Assembly (NCBI RefSeq): GCF_006345805.1
Contig: NC_043008.1
Location: forward strand, 67,642,001 to 67,706,000
Direction: 5' to 3'
Source of the DNA: Octopus sinensis
Taxonomy: Eukaryota
DNA: 64,000 nucleotides
Position numbers and translations under genes: made by a program. This document shows, piece by piece, positions 39,957 to 55,442 of this stretch; positions within the stretch are counted from its first letter, which is position 1, and each line of letters opens with the position of its first letter. The notes beneath the pieces are model-generated. The model searched no databases. It was given only the letters and a program-made list of their open reading frames with translations, and had not been told where the DNA came from.

Positions 39957-40262
39957 TGTGGAGGCACATGGCCTCGTGGTTAGAGCAGCGGACTCGCAGT
40001 CGAGGGATCGCGGGTTCGAATCTCAGACCGGGTGATGTGTGTGTTTCTGAGCGAAACACCTAAGCTCAACGCAGCTCCGACAGAAGTTAATGGCGAACTT
40101 CTGTTGACACTTTCGCCACAACCAATTCTCACTCTTTCCTCCTGCATCTTGCAGCTCATCTGCGACGTACCGGCGTCCGTCCAGGTGGGGAACCTATACG
40201 CCAAGGAAACTGGGAAACCGGCCCTTATGAGCCAGGCGTGGGCCGAGAAAGAACAAACAACA
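39957..40262 (+). mobile_element. tRNA(Arg)-like-headed SINE; inverted copy at 29645-29940(-)
   Basis: Head ggcacatggcctcgtggttagagcagcggactcgcagtcgagggatcgcgggttcgaatctc with A/B boxes; shared body; (AAC)n tail. Confidence 0.85.
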
Positions 40263-40935
40263 ATCCTCTTTATAGATCTGAACATCTATTCCAAAACCCC
40301 CGAGAAGAAGGACGCGTATGGACAATCGCTTCAAAACCTACTACTCCTCTATTTTGATTATAAATTCACATTATATACCAGTAATTATCGGTGATCTTAG
40401 TTATGTTAATAAATGTTAAAGCGACAATCTGGAAAACTTATAATTTTCGTACAAGGAAAGAGACAGCCTAATATGCAATTTACAAACACAATCTATTAGT
40501 GGAAGGCTACACCCGACGAAAGTATGCGAATGTTGGCACTGGTCAAAGGGGATAAATATCCATCTGTTAAACAACAATTTATGTCATATCGCCCGAAGAA
40601 ATAAATCCATGAAGATGATCAACCTGATGCCCACATATACTACGGACTATACCGTAATCATCCCAGGAATACGGACTGTGATCTTAAGAGGCGTGTGATT
40701 TATGGAAACACGCGTAGCGATGCTTTAAGTATATAAAAATTCCATCCAAAGATTATTGTTATTATCACTATGTTTATCCTACATTATGTCGGTACAGCTC
40801 AATGCAACTCTCAAAAAACTGGTTCACCAGTCAGCATCATGAGACTATGGCCGGCATATTGGAAGAGGAGCTTTATTTGCATATTGAAAGCGTTTCCGTA
40901 AACAAATTTAAAAGATACACACACACACACACACA

Positions 40936-40988
<53 letters not shown>

Positions 40989-41859
40989 CATGCACACACA
41001 TATATAAGTAGATAAACAGATATTGATGTATGTATGTATACATACATATATCATATATGAATATGTGTGTGTGTGTGTGTGTGAGTAAACTGCAACATTA
41101 ACCACAGTTTATTATTTTGTTTATTTTCCTCTTTAAAACATCTATTGCAATGAGGATGATAAAGAAAGTTTTGTTTATATAAACAACATTCTTCCTGCTG
41201 TGACGGCTAATGTTTTTCGTATCTGAAGATCAAATTCTACTAAGAGACCTGAAAACTTGGTAAAAGGAAGCCACTCCACTCCACTGCAGTCTATATTTAT
41301 CTTAAGGAAATCCTGCATAGTCCTTATACACTAAGTCATCACTCACCAAGATTTCCCCACCAAACTGTAGGACTATTTCCATGAAGTGTCCTTCCTACCT
41401 ATCCTAGAGATATTTCTGGAACTAAAATTTGCCGTCAAGGACATATGAAAATATACATTATTGATTAACTGAGTTAACTGATTGACTGAGCGATCATTCG
41501 ATTGTTTAATTAATCTATTTCTTGTATTTAAGCCACAGAAATATACGATTGGATGTCGTGTAGGTTAATAGACGAGAGCTATTTTAGCAATTTCGATTTT
41601 TAGATTAAAAATATTAGGGAAATCGATTGTAATTGATTATTCTGGACAGATTACTCATAAGATCGGCCACAGGTACGTTTCAATACATAGCAATACTACG
41701 AGACATGAATATTGTTAGATACTCTTTCATAGCGTTTGTTAACAATGAATATTGTAAGGCAAATTTCCAAATAGAATCCAGTTCTTGTTTCAAAACAGGA
41801 AACTATTGATATATTCCTCAAACTTTGGTTGATGATGATCATGATGATTATCATGATGA

Positions 41860-42418
41860 TAAATGCCCTTATATAGCACCAGGAAGTGGCTCTGATGGCT
41901 TCTGATCTTAACTGATTAGAAGTGTTATCTTGTACATTCTTTTGTCTTGGTATAAAAGATGGGCCACAGCAAATATTCTGCTCAATACCACAGATTTGCT
42001 TGTCAGTTGCTTGACCTTAACCAGTCGAGCATGTCCCTTAGTGGCTGACGATATGTGCATCTCTGAGCACTAGCAGAAGTATTTGGGGAGCATCATAGGT
42101 ATGTGTTGAGAGGGATTATTTGGTGTTTAGATGATTCACATTTGGAAACAAAGGTGTTTTGTTCATCATCCTTAAACAACACTTATTCAGGGTTCTTTTG
42201 AAGGGGATGGGCTACTCAACCTGGAGAAAATTCCATCTGGGCCCCATCTTAAAGGTCATGCGTTGTTTATCTTGATATGAGATCATTATGTTGTTCGCAT
42301 ATGGTTGTGATGCATGTGCCTGGTGTGCCCTTATCAGATAGATAGTCATGATGAGTATATGGGGCTTTGTATATTTTTCCCCAGTGTCACTTTGATGGCA
42401 TGCACTGCTCTCTCACTC

Positions 42419-42490
<72 letters not shown>
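41860..42490 (+). mobile_element. Interspersed repeat with a (TAA)n tail, likely a non-LTR 3' portion; partial copy at 47755-47920
   Basis: Shared caaatattctgctca...gagcatgtcccttagtggctg; ends in (TAA)n. Confidence 0.6.
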
Positions 42491-43114
42491 CATGATCGCC
42501 ATTCTGTTTTCTCCAAGAACACCAAGAAAGTTTCTTGAGATCTGAGGAGACTTGTCACCAAACTTCAAGATAACATTCCTGGTAATTGAATTAGCATGTA
42601 ATAGTTTCGAATTAATAACGGCTGTTCAGCCTGGGATGACCTCAGGCTAAACGACGTCAATAACATAGTACTTACGAGTATATAAATCTACTGGTAACGT
42701 GCAGCATGGTATATCGTCTGGTCTTACAATTACGTCACATAATTACAATATGTCGTCTGCTCAGCATAGCTATTTTCCTTATTAGTCTATGCAGCGATTT
42801 CTCTTCTTTTTTCTATTTGTTCTGTATTTCTCTTAATTTCTCATCGCATTTATAATCACATATACACTTATCTATCAACAGCAGTTTGTCACTTTTTCCA
42901 TCACTTATTTCTTTCAGTATAACCCCCTTTCTTTTCTTTTCTTTTGTTTTTTCCTTACCCCTTCCCTCTTTCCACAGTACCATATTCCCCATTGTATCCT
43001 TTCTCTGGCTTCTATTTCTTTCTCTATCTGCAATATTATCTATCCTTAACCACTCTCTGTCTCTCTCACTCTCTTCTCCTCCTGTCTCTTTCTCTTTCTT
43101 TCCCCTTTCTCACA

Positions 43115-43202
<88 letters not shown>

Positions 43203-43231
43203 GTCTATCTATCTATCTATCTGTCTATCTA

Positions 43232-43296
<65 letters not shown>

Positions 43297-43303
43297 TTAT
43301 ATT

Positions 43304-43369
<66 letters not shown>

Positions 43370-43382
43370 GATCTATATATAT

Positions 43383-43425
<43 letters not shown>

Positions 43426-43917
43426 ATCTATCTATCTAGCTTGCTAGCTCACACTCAAGTTACATTTCTTTCCACCTTCGACGGCCGTTTCTTTCCTTTC
43501 TCTCTCTCACTATCCTTTTTAGTTTTATGTACACATAAATAACACACACATACACACACACAAACACATCCGATCTTACAATTTTTAGATGTATGAATAT
43601 TCTATTAATAAGACGGCCTAATTTGTAAGACGGAACTGATTATTTTAAGAAACATTTGACGTCAATTTGTAGCGCAAATCCCTTTTCGTCGAAACTTAAT
43701 TAATTTCTGAAATATATTACAAATATTTTCTTTTCGTTTGGTGCAAATACATACTTATATACTCGTCCACAAACGCATATACATACACTAACATACACGC
43801 GCATAAATACAAATACATTCTTTTCTTTATTTACAAACACATGTATGTATACATACTGAAACATTTGCATACAAACATTCATTCATACATACATGTATAA
43901 TATTGTATACATATTAC

Positions 43918-43998
<81 letters not shown>

Positions 43999-44109
43999 TA
44001 CACATATTCATATGTACACACACAGAGACATATATATACATGTGTATCTGTGTGTCATGCCGTCCCCTATTAGCTTTTCCTTTCTTTTTGTGGGTTCTCA
44101 CAAAAGAAT

Positions 44110-45600
44110 TTCACTGGTAATTTCGTCTTTAGTTCTCCAGTAATGCCCAGCGTATCTGACTCTACATTCTTTAATGATGTTTGATACTGGACGAAGATTC
44201 CCATAAAATCGCTTATTGGTCAGATGATCTCTCCAGGTGACATTCAAATCCGCTATTAGCATGCGAGTGTGGAGGCGCGTGGCTTAGTGGTTAGGGTGTC
44301 AGCATCATAATCGTAAGATAGTGGTTTCGATTCCTGGACCGAGCGACGCGTTGTGTTCTTGAGCAAAACACTTCATTTCACGTTGCTCCAGTCCACTCTG
44401 CTGGCAAAAATGAGTAACGCTGCGATGGACTGGCGTCCCATCCAGCTGAGGAACACATACGCCATTGAAACCGGGAAACCGGGCCCATGAACCTGGCTAG
44501 GCTTTAAAAGGGCGCATTTATTATTGAATTCTTTTTATTAGCATGCGAATGTAGGCTCCATCTAATCTTCTTTCCAATTTGTAGATAAGGATCCATACTA
44601 AGCAGCCATACAATAGAACAGCTGCTTGAAGGTGGTTCCTTTTTATATTGTCTGGAAGTCTAGATTTCCACACTAGAGATAACTTGTCGACGGCAGCCTT
44701 GAACTTACCAAAGCATGCGTTTACATCGCTTTCGCAGCAAGATATTTTACAACTTCGATAAATAAATTCTACACATTTGGGAGCTGTGCCAGATATTGTT
44801 TTGATTGTTCCGTTTTGATTAAAGCATACGTATTCTGTTTTGTCTGAGTTAACATGGAGACCGATGCGTTTGACTGAATGTTCAAAATTAATGGAGAAAG
44901 GTATCTACTTATTTTTAGTTCGCACAGTATAACCAGCATAATCTGCATCCGTGATTTTTGTGGCATGATATCTATTATTTCTTCGCGGATGTAGTGTGAA
45001 TCTATTTCACGGTACCGACAGAAGTTCCGAGAACGTATTCCAAGAAAATGATGAGGGTATACAGTGCTAAAGTATCACCTAGCAGCACTCCTGCAACGAT
45101 TTCAAAGAAATTTCTATTGCCATCTGAAAATCGTTCCACTAAATGAGTGTTTTTGTAGATCATCGCAATGGTTTTTACTTTTTCATTTCGCATATTATAA
45201 GATAGTATGCATTTCTTTCATTTTATCTCTATGAATCGAATAGAAGGCTTTGGAAAAAATCAACGAATAACAGCACAGCATATAGATTATGTAGTTTTCA
45301 CACTTTCAAGAATTTTGCGAATGGTAAAGATTTGACCGGTAGTTGATCGTCCCTTTCGAAAGTCATTTTGGTATTTTACTCAATATCTTTTCGATTTCTT
45401 GACGCATGCGGTTAAGCAGCATAGATTTATAAATTTTTATAGTTATAGCTATAAGAGTTATTTTTCTGTAGTCTTTTGCCACACCAAGGTCTACCTTTTT
45501 AGGGGTGAAACTGAAAGGGAAGATACACCTCTTAATCCATGTTTCTATATTATTCTGGTTGTACACGTCATTGCAGAACTTCAAGAGAGTATCATTAAAT
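44110..45600 (-). mobile_element. Decayed RTE-like LINE reverse transcriptase fragment
   Basis: PKKVDLGVAKDYRKITL...LLNR...FRKGRSTTGQIFTIRKILE...AGVLLGDTLA; frameshifted; interrupted by a SINE. Confidence 0.88.
44267..44535 (+). mobile_element. tRNA-derived SINE (OK-like) with a 13-bp TSD, nested in the LINE
   Basis: A/B boxes (tggcttagtgg, gtttcgattcc); TSD tattagcatgcga at 44254-44266 and 44536-44548; related copies at 22730-23141(-), 14085-14385(-), 27035-27362(-), 47245-47457(-). Confidence 0.9.
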
Positions 45601-45605
45601 GTTTG

Positions 45606-45701
<96 letters not shown>

Positions 45702-46002
45702 CTCCCCCTCTCTCTATCTCTTTATATATATATATATATATTTATATGAATATATACATATATATATATATATGAATATATACATACATATATGTACATA
45801 CCTACACATATATATGTATATATACATGCATATATGGGTACAGGACATTAAATTAAAAAAAACTTTGAATACAATGATCAACGAAAACATAAAAACAAAA
45901 ACATAGAAACGAACTTTTTTCAAACATCGTAAAAAACAAAGAAACAAGACATACAATACAAGGAATATTCCCACGTTACGAAGGTAAGGACACCGATACA
46001 AA

Positions 46003-46039
<37 letters not shown>

Positions 46040-46457
46040 TCTTTTATCCTTTTATTCTTTTACTTGTTTTGACTGCGGCCATTCTGGAGCACAACCTTTA
46101 GTCGAACAAATCGACCCCAGGACTTATGCTTTTTAGCCAAGTAATTATTCTATCGGCTTCTTGGCCGAACCGCTAAGTTACGAGGAAGTAAACACACCAA
46201 CATCGGTTGTCAAGCGATGGTGAAGGACAAACACAGACACAAATATACAAACACACACGCGCACACACATATACAACGGGCTTCTTTCAGTTTCCGTCTA
46301 CCAAATCCACTCACAAGGCTTTGGTCGATCCGAAGCTGTAGTAGAAGGCACTTGCCCAACGTGCCACGCAATGGGACTGAAACCGGAACCATGTGGTTGA
46401 GAAGTAGGCTACTTGCCACACAGTCACTCCTGCGCCTATATATTATATATATATAAT

Positions 46458-46509
<52 letters not shown>

Positions 46510-46565
46510 GTGTGTGTGTGTCTGTCTGTCTGTCTGTCTGTCTGTGCGTGTGTGTGTGTATGTAC

Positions 46566-46598
<33 letters not shown>

Positions 46599-49500
46599 TG
46601 CATACACATATACGACGAGTTTCCGTTTCCCTCTACCAAATCCACTCACAATACTTCGGTCGGCCCGAGGCTATAGAAGAAGACAGTTGCCCAAGATGCC
46701 ATGCAGTGGGACTGAACCCAGAACCATGTGGTTAGAAAGCAAGCTTCTTACCACACAGCCACAATTCAAATCCAGCAAAAGTCGACTTTGTCTTTTATCT
46801 TTTCGAGATCGATAAAATTTGTATCAATGAAGCACTAAGGTCAATACAATCCCCTCAAAACCGAGGGCCCTGTCCCAAATTAGAACTCATTGTTAATTTC
46901 ACGAGCTCCAGCTCTTTACGTTCTAGGACCCACTTTGCCTTACATCCTCACCCTCACCCCAGAGTCAACGAAATACCAGTCCAGCATTGTTGGCCTTGTG
47001 CTTATGTTAAAAACCATCATTAATTCTACAAGTTTGGATCAACATATCGAAGATATAACAAAGATTTATTCACATATGATTGTCGATTATGGTAATCCCG
47101 TTTTGGGGTTAATCTGTCTTAACTACAATAACAAATATGTCCAGAAATGTTGCATTTATGGTTTGAAAAGGTTTGGCTGTTGGTACCCGTTGTGCTTGTG
47201 TCTCTAGATGTACTCCACACGGGTTAGATAAAAGGTAAAAAGGTAAAGTTATCTTCTCGAGTCATGTCGATTCATAAGGGCCGGTTTCCCAGTTTCATGG
47301 CGTATAAATTCTCCACCTGGAAGGGATGCCGGTCCGTCCCAGCTGAATGGACTGGAACAACGTGTATTGAAGTATTTTTCCTCAAGAACAGAAAACGTTG
47401 CCTGCTCCAGAAATCCAAACCAGTCTTATGATCACGAGTTCAGCACCCTAACCACTTTCGAATAAATAAAGGTTGACGGTTGAAAGTAAAACAGAGAGAT
47501 GTGATTTGGGCAAAAGGGACCATGCGAAATTATAGATAGTTATCTACAATTTCGCATATAACAAAAAAAATTATTTATTTAATCTTTGGTCAGTAAATGT
47601 TATTTATATTTGCTTCTATCTAGAAATCAAGGCAAATCACTACTATTCCCTTCAAACTTTGTTTTTGTAACCTGGACATCAGTGTTTTGAAACTGACCTA
47701 TTTTCCATTACATTTCAAACTGATTCAGCACTGAGTTCCTGAAGCAGAAATATCGTTATAACAAATATTCTGCTCAGTACCACATATTTGCTTATCAGTC
47801 GCTTAACCATAACCGCTTGAGCATGTCCCTTAGTGGCTGGCAACATGTGGATTTCTGATGATAAGCAGGAGAAGTGGGAGAGCTTCATAGCCATGTATTA
47901 GAGGGATTCTTTGGGGTTTGGACACATGTAAGAAAAGCGAGTTTGAAGGAAACATTAAGCCATTTTTCATACTCTCAAAAGGTAAGCAAATAGGAAATAT
48001 CAACTGCTACCCATGGACAAAGATCGTGTTATACAGTATAATTTGTGTCAATTTCGTTTTAAAACTTCGTTAGCGTAGCTGGGGGTAATCCGCTTAAATG
48101 TATATTCAAATTTTATTACAAATCCTATAGATATTTCTATTGTCTAGAATTGTATTGGTTCTCAGAATAAAGTAATAAAGCTCTCTCTAATTTCAGCTTT
48201 AATGTTCTAGATTTGAGTTAATGTTTTTCTATGATTTATAAGATTAACTCTCACAGACACGCAACTAAACACACAAACACACACACTCACACACACACTC
48301 ATATACACACTCATCCACACATCTTTCAATTTGTTCAAAAATCCCACTGAAAGTACAAAACAAACAAATAGAAACAAAATGTCGATTTTCTTCTGTTTAA
48401 TTTCCTTTTAAGATTAAATTCTTTAGTTCAATGCTTAAATCGTTCGGGAAAAGAAAAGTTTTCAGCGCATCTGTGAATCAGATATAATTTTTGCTTGAAC
48501 TGACAGAATTGTTAGAATTTCAGAAAAATATTTTAGCAGCATTCTTCTGACCCTTTATGTACTAAGTTCATAAAGAGTACCGGCTCTTTATTTTCTGGGT
48601 TCGAATATTGTTAATGCCAACTTAGGGTTCTATTATTCCGAGGTCGATTAATACAGTATTAGTCAAGCACTGACTTTGCGCCTATATTAGAAACTATCAT
48701 TATTATCTCATGCAAAAGCGGTGAGCAGACAGATTCATTAGTGTATCGGACAAAATCCCTAGCGGCAGTTTTTCGACTCTTTTACGTTCTGAGTTCAAAT
48801 CCCACCTAAGTCAACTTTGCCATCTATCCTTTCAGGTTCGATAAGATAAAGTACCAACCCAGAACTGGGGTCGATGTAATCGACTTACTCTTTCCATAAA
48901 ATTGATGGCCTTGAAATAATTACTATTCCCGTATATCCTTTAATTTTTAATATGAAATTTGAGGACGGTTCGTTCACTATTTCTAATAGGTAGTGGGACC
49001 ACACCGAGGTGTTCCCTGTAGCCTTCTCTTCATGTTTTGTTTATATTGTGTGTGACACAAAGCAGCTAGCCTCTGTTGTATTTTTTAAACGTATTACTAA
49101 ACAGGTAGAAATTGCTGTTGTTGTTGCAGTTGTTTTTGTTGTAGCTGGTGTTCCATCCCATATAAAACTCAACCGAGTAAGCTTACAATCAAAATAATTT
49201 TAAGTATCAGTAGGACTAGGACGAGGAGCCTGAGGCATTTGAAAACCTGAAGTGTGACCGCCGTCTTAGGCAGTTAGAGCTTGGAACTAGTGTTACTGTC
49301 GGAACAAAAGACCCGGAAGAGATATCGGATGACATGTCGCCCGACTTGCTAACAGTTCTGGCGAAGCATTGCCCTAGATTGGTACCTTTTATTTATCGAC
49401 ACCGAAAGAACGGGGAACAAAGTTGACCACAAAGGGATCTTAACTCAGAGAGCCTAGATTTTGTATTAAAAAAATATATAGCCTTATATTTATTCTGGCA

Positions 49501-50345
49501 GAATCGTTAGCTCACCGAACAAAAAACTTGGCGGCATTCCATCCGTCTTTATGTTTTGTGCTCAAATTCCGCCGAGGTGGACTTTGCCTTTCATCCTTTC
49601 GGGTTTGATCAATTAAATACCAATTAATCACTGGGTCGATGTTATCGACTAGCCCCACCTTCTACCAAAATTTCAGGCTTTGTATCTATTGCAAAAAGAA
49701 TTATATTTATTCTAATGTTATTAAATATTTACAAAACTATCCATAAAAACATTCCCGTTTGACTTCTATTAATACTATTAATATAGAAAGTTTATGTTTA
49801 GCACAAAACACATGAAACCCCGCATAGCTGAACCAGATTTATAGTGCAACAAGCATTTGGTAACGCTGCACCAGCTATTTACGTCGTGTTTCCTTCATTT
49901 GATGTCAGTTCGTAATCCGATGCTGAATGTGTTGTTGGTAGTCTCTTTGCTTCAGAGTGTTTTATGATTCTTAACTCACGTCTTTCGGTCTTACGTCAAA
50001 ATGTCGCAAAAGACCAAGAGAGTACCGAAGAAAGAAAACATTTTTTTTTTTAATGGTGATTGGAAATTAGTTTTACATTGTTCCTTCTCAAAAAGATAAA
50101 ATAAGTTGTTGGTCTTTTAATGCCGCAGTTTATCAAGAGAGAAGAAATATAACGCATATCAGCATTATGGTAATCATAAGAAGCTGAAATATGCAAAACT
50201 AGAAAGAAAAAAAAACTAATAACGTTGTAAGATGAAAATCAAAACCAACCAAAGACACACATCCAAAACAGTTTTGAAACTAAAGAATAATAACATCGAA
50301 TCGTATGAAGTGGTAAGCCATTTAGCGATGCTGACGTTGTATATA

Positions 50346-50422
<77 letters not shown>

Positions 50423-50442
50423 TTATATATATTATATATATA

Positions 50443-50566
<124 letters not shown>

Positions 50567-50679
50567 AAAATAAGTAATCATGCGATGGATTGCCAACCCA
50601 TCCAGCTGGGGAATATATATGCCACTGAATCCGGGAAACTGGCGCATATGAGCCTGGCATGACTCGAGAAGGAAACATT

Positions 50680-50724
<45 letters not shown>

Positions 50725-51398
50725 TATTATATTACACAATATTATGTTATATTATATAAGCACATTCATATTGTTTAATAATAGTTTGATATGGTTAGGC
50801 TTGAGAAACTAACATAACTCGCCAGTCGTACATGATGCGTTATGTTCACTTGTATTTTTCATCAGCAAAACTTAGAGCTGAAGATATTAATTTAAGTGAA
50901 ACCATGGATAAATTCATAAGTATCATAAGCATGAATTATTAGTTTTGTACTATACTTATATTGGCTTCAATATGAATTTGCTATATCAGTCTAAAATCGT
51001 ACTGGTCATTACAATGGCAGGCGTTAGCATTTTATCTTTGCTAGAACATATTATAAGGTAATATTTTAAGGAAAAATATCATTTCTATTAATTGGTTTCA
51101 AAGTTTGGCACAAAGTCAGCAGTTTCGAGGCGATTTACATCGGCAACACTGCTTACCTGGTACTTATTTTATCAATTCCGATGGATGAAAGGCAAAGTCG
51201 ACATCGGCGGAATTTGAACTCAGGTGATGGTTAACACATCTTTAATACCTTTATAACAGATGTGCTTAGAGAAGTCCTTCTAAGGCTGAAGATTTCCACA
51301 CCGGCAGCAAATAACCAACCAAATCCTGTCCTTCGAAAAGACGATCTCTAAACAATCATTAAAAGGACAGTCTTAATTTGGAATTACATTTTCCCATT

Positions 51399-51474
<76 letters not shown>

Positions 51475-53422
51475 ACACACACACATTAGTGTGTTACTCA
51501 TCATATGATAGGTAACTTTGGAAGTATATCTTTGTCACCACGAGTAATATCAGGAAATATAGCTTACATAAAATAATAGTTTCAAATTTAGGCACAAGGT
51601 CAGCAATTCTGGGGCAAGAGGTAAGTGGAATATGTCGATCTCAGTGTTTAGGTGGTACTTATTTTATCGACCCCGAAAGTATGAAAGGCAACGTCGACTA
51701 CCGCAGGATTTGAACTGGGAACGTACAGACGAACGGATTGCAGCTAAGCCTGGTGTGCTAACGAGTTTGCCAGCTCGCTATCTTTGGCTTACATATAATA
51801 ATGATTTCAAATTTTGGCACAAGGCTAGCCTGTATGTAACGCTCATTTACCCATTGCCTGCCACCAAAACCTAGTATAAGCACCCATCCTACACCTCTTA
51901 TGTTAACACTCTCTCACTCTGTCTGTTTCCTTCTCTTTCTCTTTCTCACTCTCTTTCTCTCTCCTTCTTACTTTGCAGCTCTCGTTTAGTTTCTTGCGCT
52001 CTTTCTATAAGATCTAATGCATGACTGAAGAATTCAATTGATCAACCAACCAACCAACCAACCAACATTTAAGATCGGCTATCATTATGTCGAGATATCT
52101 GGCTTTATCTTATTTTTTTTCTCATGTAATTTACAAAATTCTTTTACATTACAATACTACATTATGGTATATAACGAGGCTCCGGCAGGGGATGGTGGTG
52201 ATCCCTGCTGTACTCTTTCACCACAACTTTCTCTCACTCTTACTTCCTGTTTCTGTTGTACCTGTATTTCAAAGGGCCGGCCTTGTCACTCTCTGTGTCA
52301 CGCTGAATATCCCCGAGAACTACGTTAAGGGTACACGTGTCTGTGGAGTGCTCAGCTACTTACACGTTAATTTCACGAGCAGGCTGTTCCGTTGATTCGG
52401 ATCAACCGGAACCCTCGTCGTCGTAACCGACGGAGTGCTTCCATCCATGGTATAACATTGTAATCTAGGACAACATTATCCAATGTGTTCTTCACTTTTC
52501 TAAGACAATACAAAATTATTTGGTGGAATTTTAGTTGCTATTTTCAGCGGATAACCTCACTACTATGTGTCGAAATTTGACACATTTAAAATGATGTAAG
52601 ATCTGAGGTAGTTTTCTCTGAAAAGTCTACATTTTACTAATTCTAAGAAGATTATCTCAATTAATAGAAAATACAGCCCTGAGGCGTACGGCAATTCGGT
52701 CAATTTGTTATTCCACACAAGCTTGATCTTGAATTTATGTGGGCTGTCGACGTTTCTCCCAAGAATCTTAGTGCTTTCGTCCTCAGCTGAGTCGAGAATT
52801 ATTAAACTTCGCGAGCTTTCTACTTAAATATATTTCTAATTACTCGTGTGATGTAATGTGTCTGTAGATTTTACCATCCAAAGGGTTTTTAACCCAATAT
52901 TTATACGTTACTATTTATAGCTTTATTCGCTTTGAGATACACCGTTCCCAATGTATGTATGTATGTATGTATGTATGTATGTATGTATGTATGTATGTAT
53001 GTATGTATGTATGTATGTATGTATGTATGTATGTATGTATGTAGGTAGGTAGGTAGGTAATTCCCTGAGCAAGTGGTTATTCTTACCAGAATCAGAATTC
53101 CTATGAAAGACAATCACTCACTATCAAAGTTTGGTATTATGTATACAGCAAAACCACCTTAAACCAAGAAACTAAGAAATTTTCAAAGAAGTTTAACATT
53201 ACGAGAATTAGTAAATGTGTATATATATATATGTCTGTGTGTGTGTATGTGTCTGTCCTTGTTTGTCCCCTCTATGTTTAGCCCCTTGTGGGCAATAAAG
53301 AAATAAATATATTCTTTTATTTGTTATTTCAGTCATTTGACTGCGGCCATGCTGCTGCACCGCCTTTAATCGAGCAAATCGATCCCAGGAACAGCAACGT
53401 TTATATATGTTATATATATATA

Positions 53423-53486
<64 letters not shown>

Positions 53487-53580
53487 CAACAATTGAGGGT
53501 AAAATAATTAATTAATCAATTTCACCAAGTGTTCAGTATGTTAAAAGGACCATTTAAGGCGAATTCAAAATATTACATTA

Positions 53581-53769
53581 TATAATTAGGCTTAGTAAAA
53601 TAAATTACTTTGCCACATACTGAACTTAGTAGAAATAGCAGCCAAAAAAAATTTTGTAGTAGAAATGCTAGTAGAAATGTAGTAGAAATGCTAAGAAAAA
53701 TTTTTTGGGCTGCTATTTCTACTAATTCAGTATGTGGCAAAGTAATTTATTTTACTAAGCCTAATTATA
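53581..53769. repeat. Fold-back inverted repeat (arms of about 75 bp) at the end of a Penelope-like fragment
   Basis: Near-perfect arms; the spacer holds tandem tagtagaaatg; arm resembles 24308-24370. Confidence 0.9.
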
Positions 53770-53851
<82 letters not shown>

Positions 53852-53867
53852 TATATATATATATAAT

Positions 53868-53903
<36 letters not shown>

Positions 53904-53912
53904 ATATATATA

Positions 53913-55226
53913 TTAGGTCGTCAAGCATGAAATTAGTAGAAAAGAAAAAAGTTTGCTAATATTTTATAAATACAAGGAATAGTTTTATTCATCAAAGGAT
54001 GCACTCATATTGTCAATACACTTTTGCCATTTCAGCGGTAACTTGTCCAGCCCAGAACTGTAAAAGCTTGGCAATCTAGAGTCAATAAAATCTTGGAAGA
54101 CCTGTTTTACAGCATCGTCAGAATTAAATCTTTTTCCAGTCAAAAGGTTATCCAAATTCTAGAAGAAGTGGTAGTCAGTGGGGGCAAGATCAGGTGAGTA
54201 TGGTGGATGATGGAGAACTTCCAACTCCAACTCCTGTTGTTTCGCCAATGTCATCTTTGTGATGTGTGGTCTGACGTTGTCTTGCAATGAAATAGGAGTG
54301 GATCTGTTGACTAATCTAGGCCGTTTCTTTTTGTAAGTTTCTGCATCATTTGGTCCAGTTGGATGCAGTATACGTCGGCCGTGATTGATGAGCCATGTTT
54401 AATGAAATCATAATGGATTACACGTGCGCCAGACCACCAAATACACCCTGTCAGCTTCTTTTGATGAATTTTGCATTTTGGACTGTGTTTTAGTGGCTCG
54501 TCTTTGTCCAACCATTGTGCTGAACGTTTACGGTCGTTATATTGGATCCATTTCTCATCACATGTTACAATTCGATTAAAAAACGATTAATTTTTGTGAC
54601 GAGAAAGCAGAATAATGCAGGCTTCCAAACGTTGCTGTTTCTGATTTTCATTGAGCTAATGTGGAACCCACTTATCCAACTTTTACACTTTACCGATTTG
54701 AACTAGGTGAGTCGATACTGTTTGCTTGCTAACACCAAACAACAACGACAACTCATGGGCACTTTGAGATGGCTCTGACTCGACGCTGACTTTCAGTTCG
54801 TCATTATCCACCTTTGTTTCTGGTCGACCGCTTTGCTCATTTGTGAGGTCAAAGTTACCAGAACGAAATTTTGCAAACCAACTTGATACTGTCTGTTGTG
54901 TAATAACATTAGAATGAAATACTCCATTAATATTCCGAACTGTCTGTAATGCTGTATTTCCAAGAAAGAACTCATATTTCAAAACTGTACGAATTTCTGA
55001 CTTACCCATCATCTCTAAACAAAAATAGCAAAAAACGATTTATAAATACTTTATAAAGCGCAAAGTGATTAGAATAAAGTAAGAGATGTCTCAGCTTTCT
55101 AACAAAAAATAAAGATTGTCAAAATATAATAATGCCACACAATGAGCAGCTGTTAAAGTTTACCTTACTACAAATTTACCTTACTACGAATTTACCTTAC
55201 TACAAATTTCATACTTAACGACCTAA
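53913..55226 (-). mobile_element. Near-full-length mariner (DD34D) with defective transposase (about 55009-53985)
   Basis: TIRs ttaggtcgt(c/t)aag(c/t)atgaaatt, TA on both sides, about 1.3 kb; MGKSEIRTVLKYEF HTH, WVPH, TCDEKW, QDNVRPH, HPPYSPDLAPTDY; stops and frameshifts. Confidence 0.95.
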
Positions 55227-55407
55227 TATATGGGGATGGTCACTTTCTTTCTCTTTGCCAATTAACACACGCACCATTTACTTGATGTTCACTATAGCTT
55301 TGTTAACAGAATTCTTTCGTCACACATTCTGTGACCTCTTCAGCAATTTTGTTTCTTTCTCTTTCTCTTTCTCTTTCTCTCTCTCTCTCCTCTCTCTTTC
55401 TCTCTCT

Positions 55408-55442
<35 letters not shown>

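Noticed and set aside
39957-40030. tRNA-Arg gene
   Set aside because: The tRNA-like head continues into a SINE body found elsewhere in the window, and the acceptor stem is not closed
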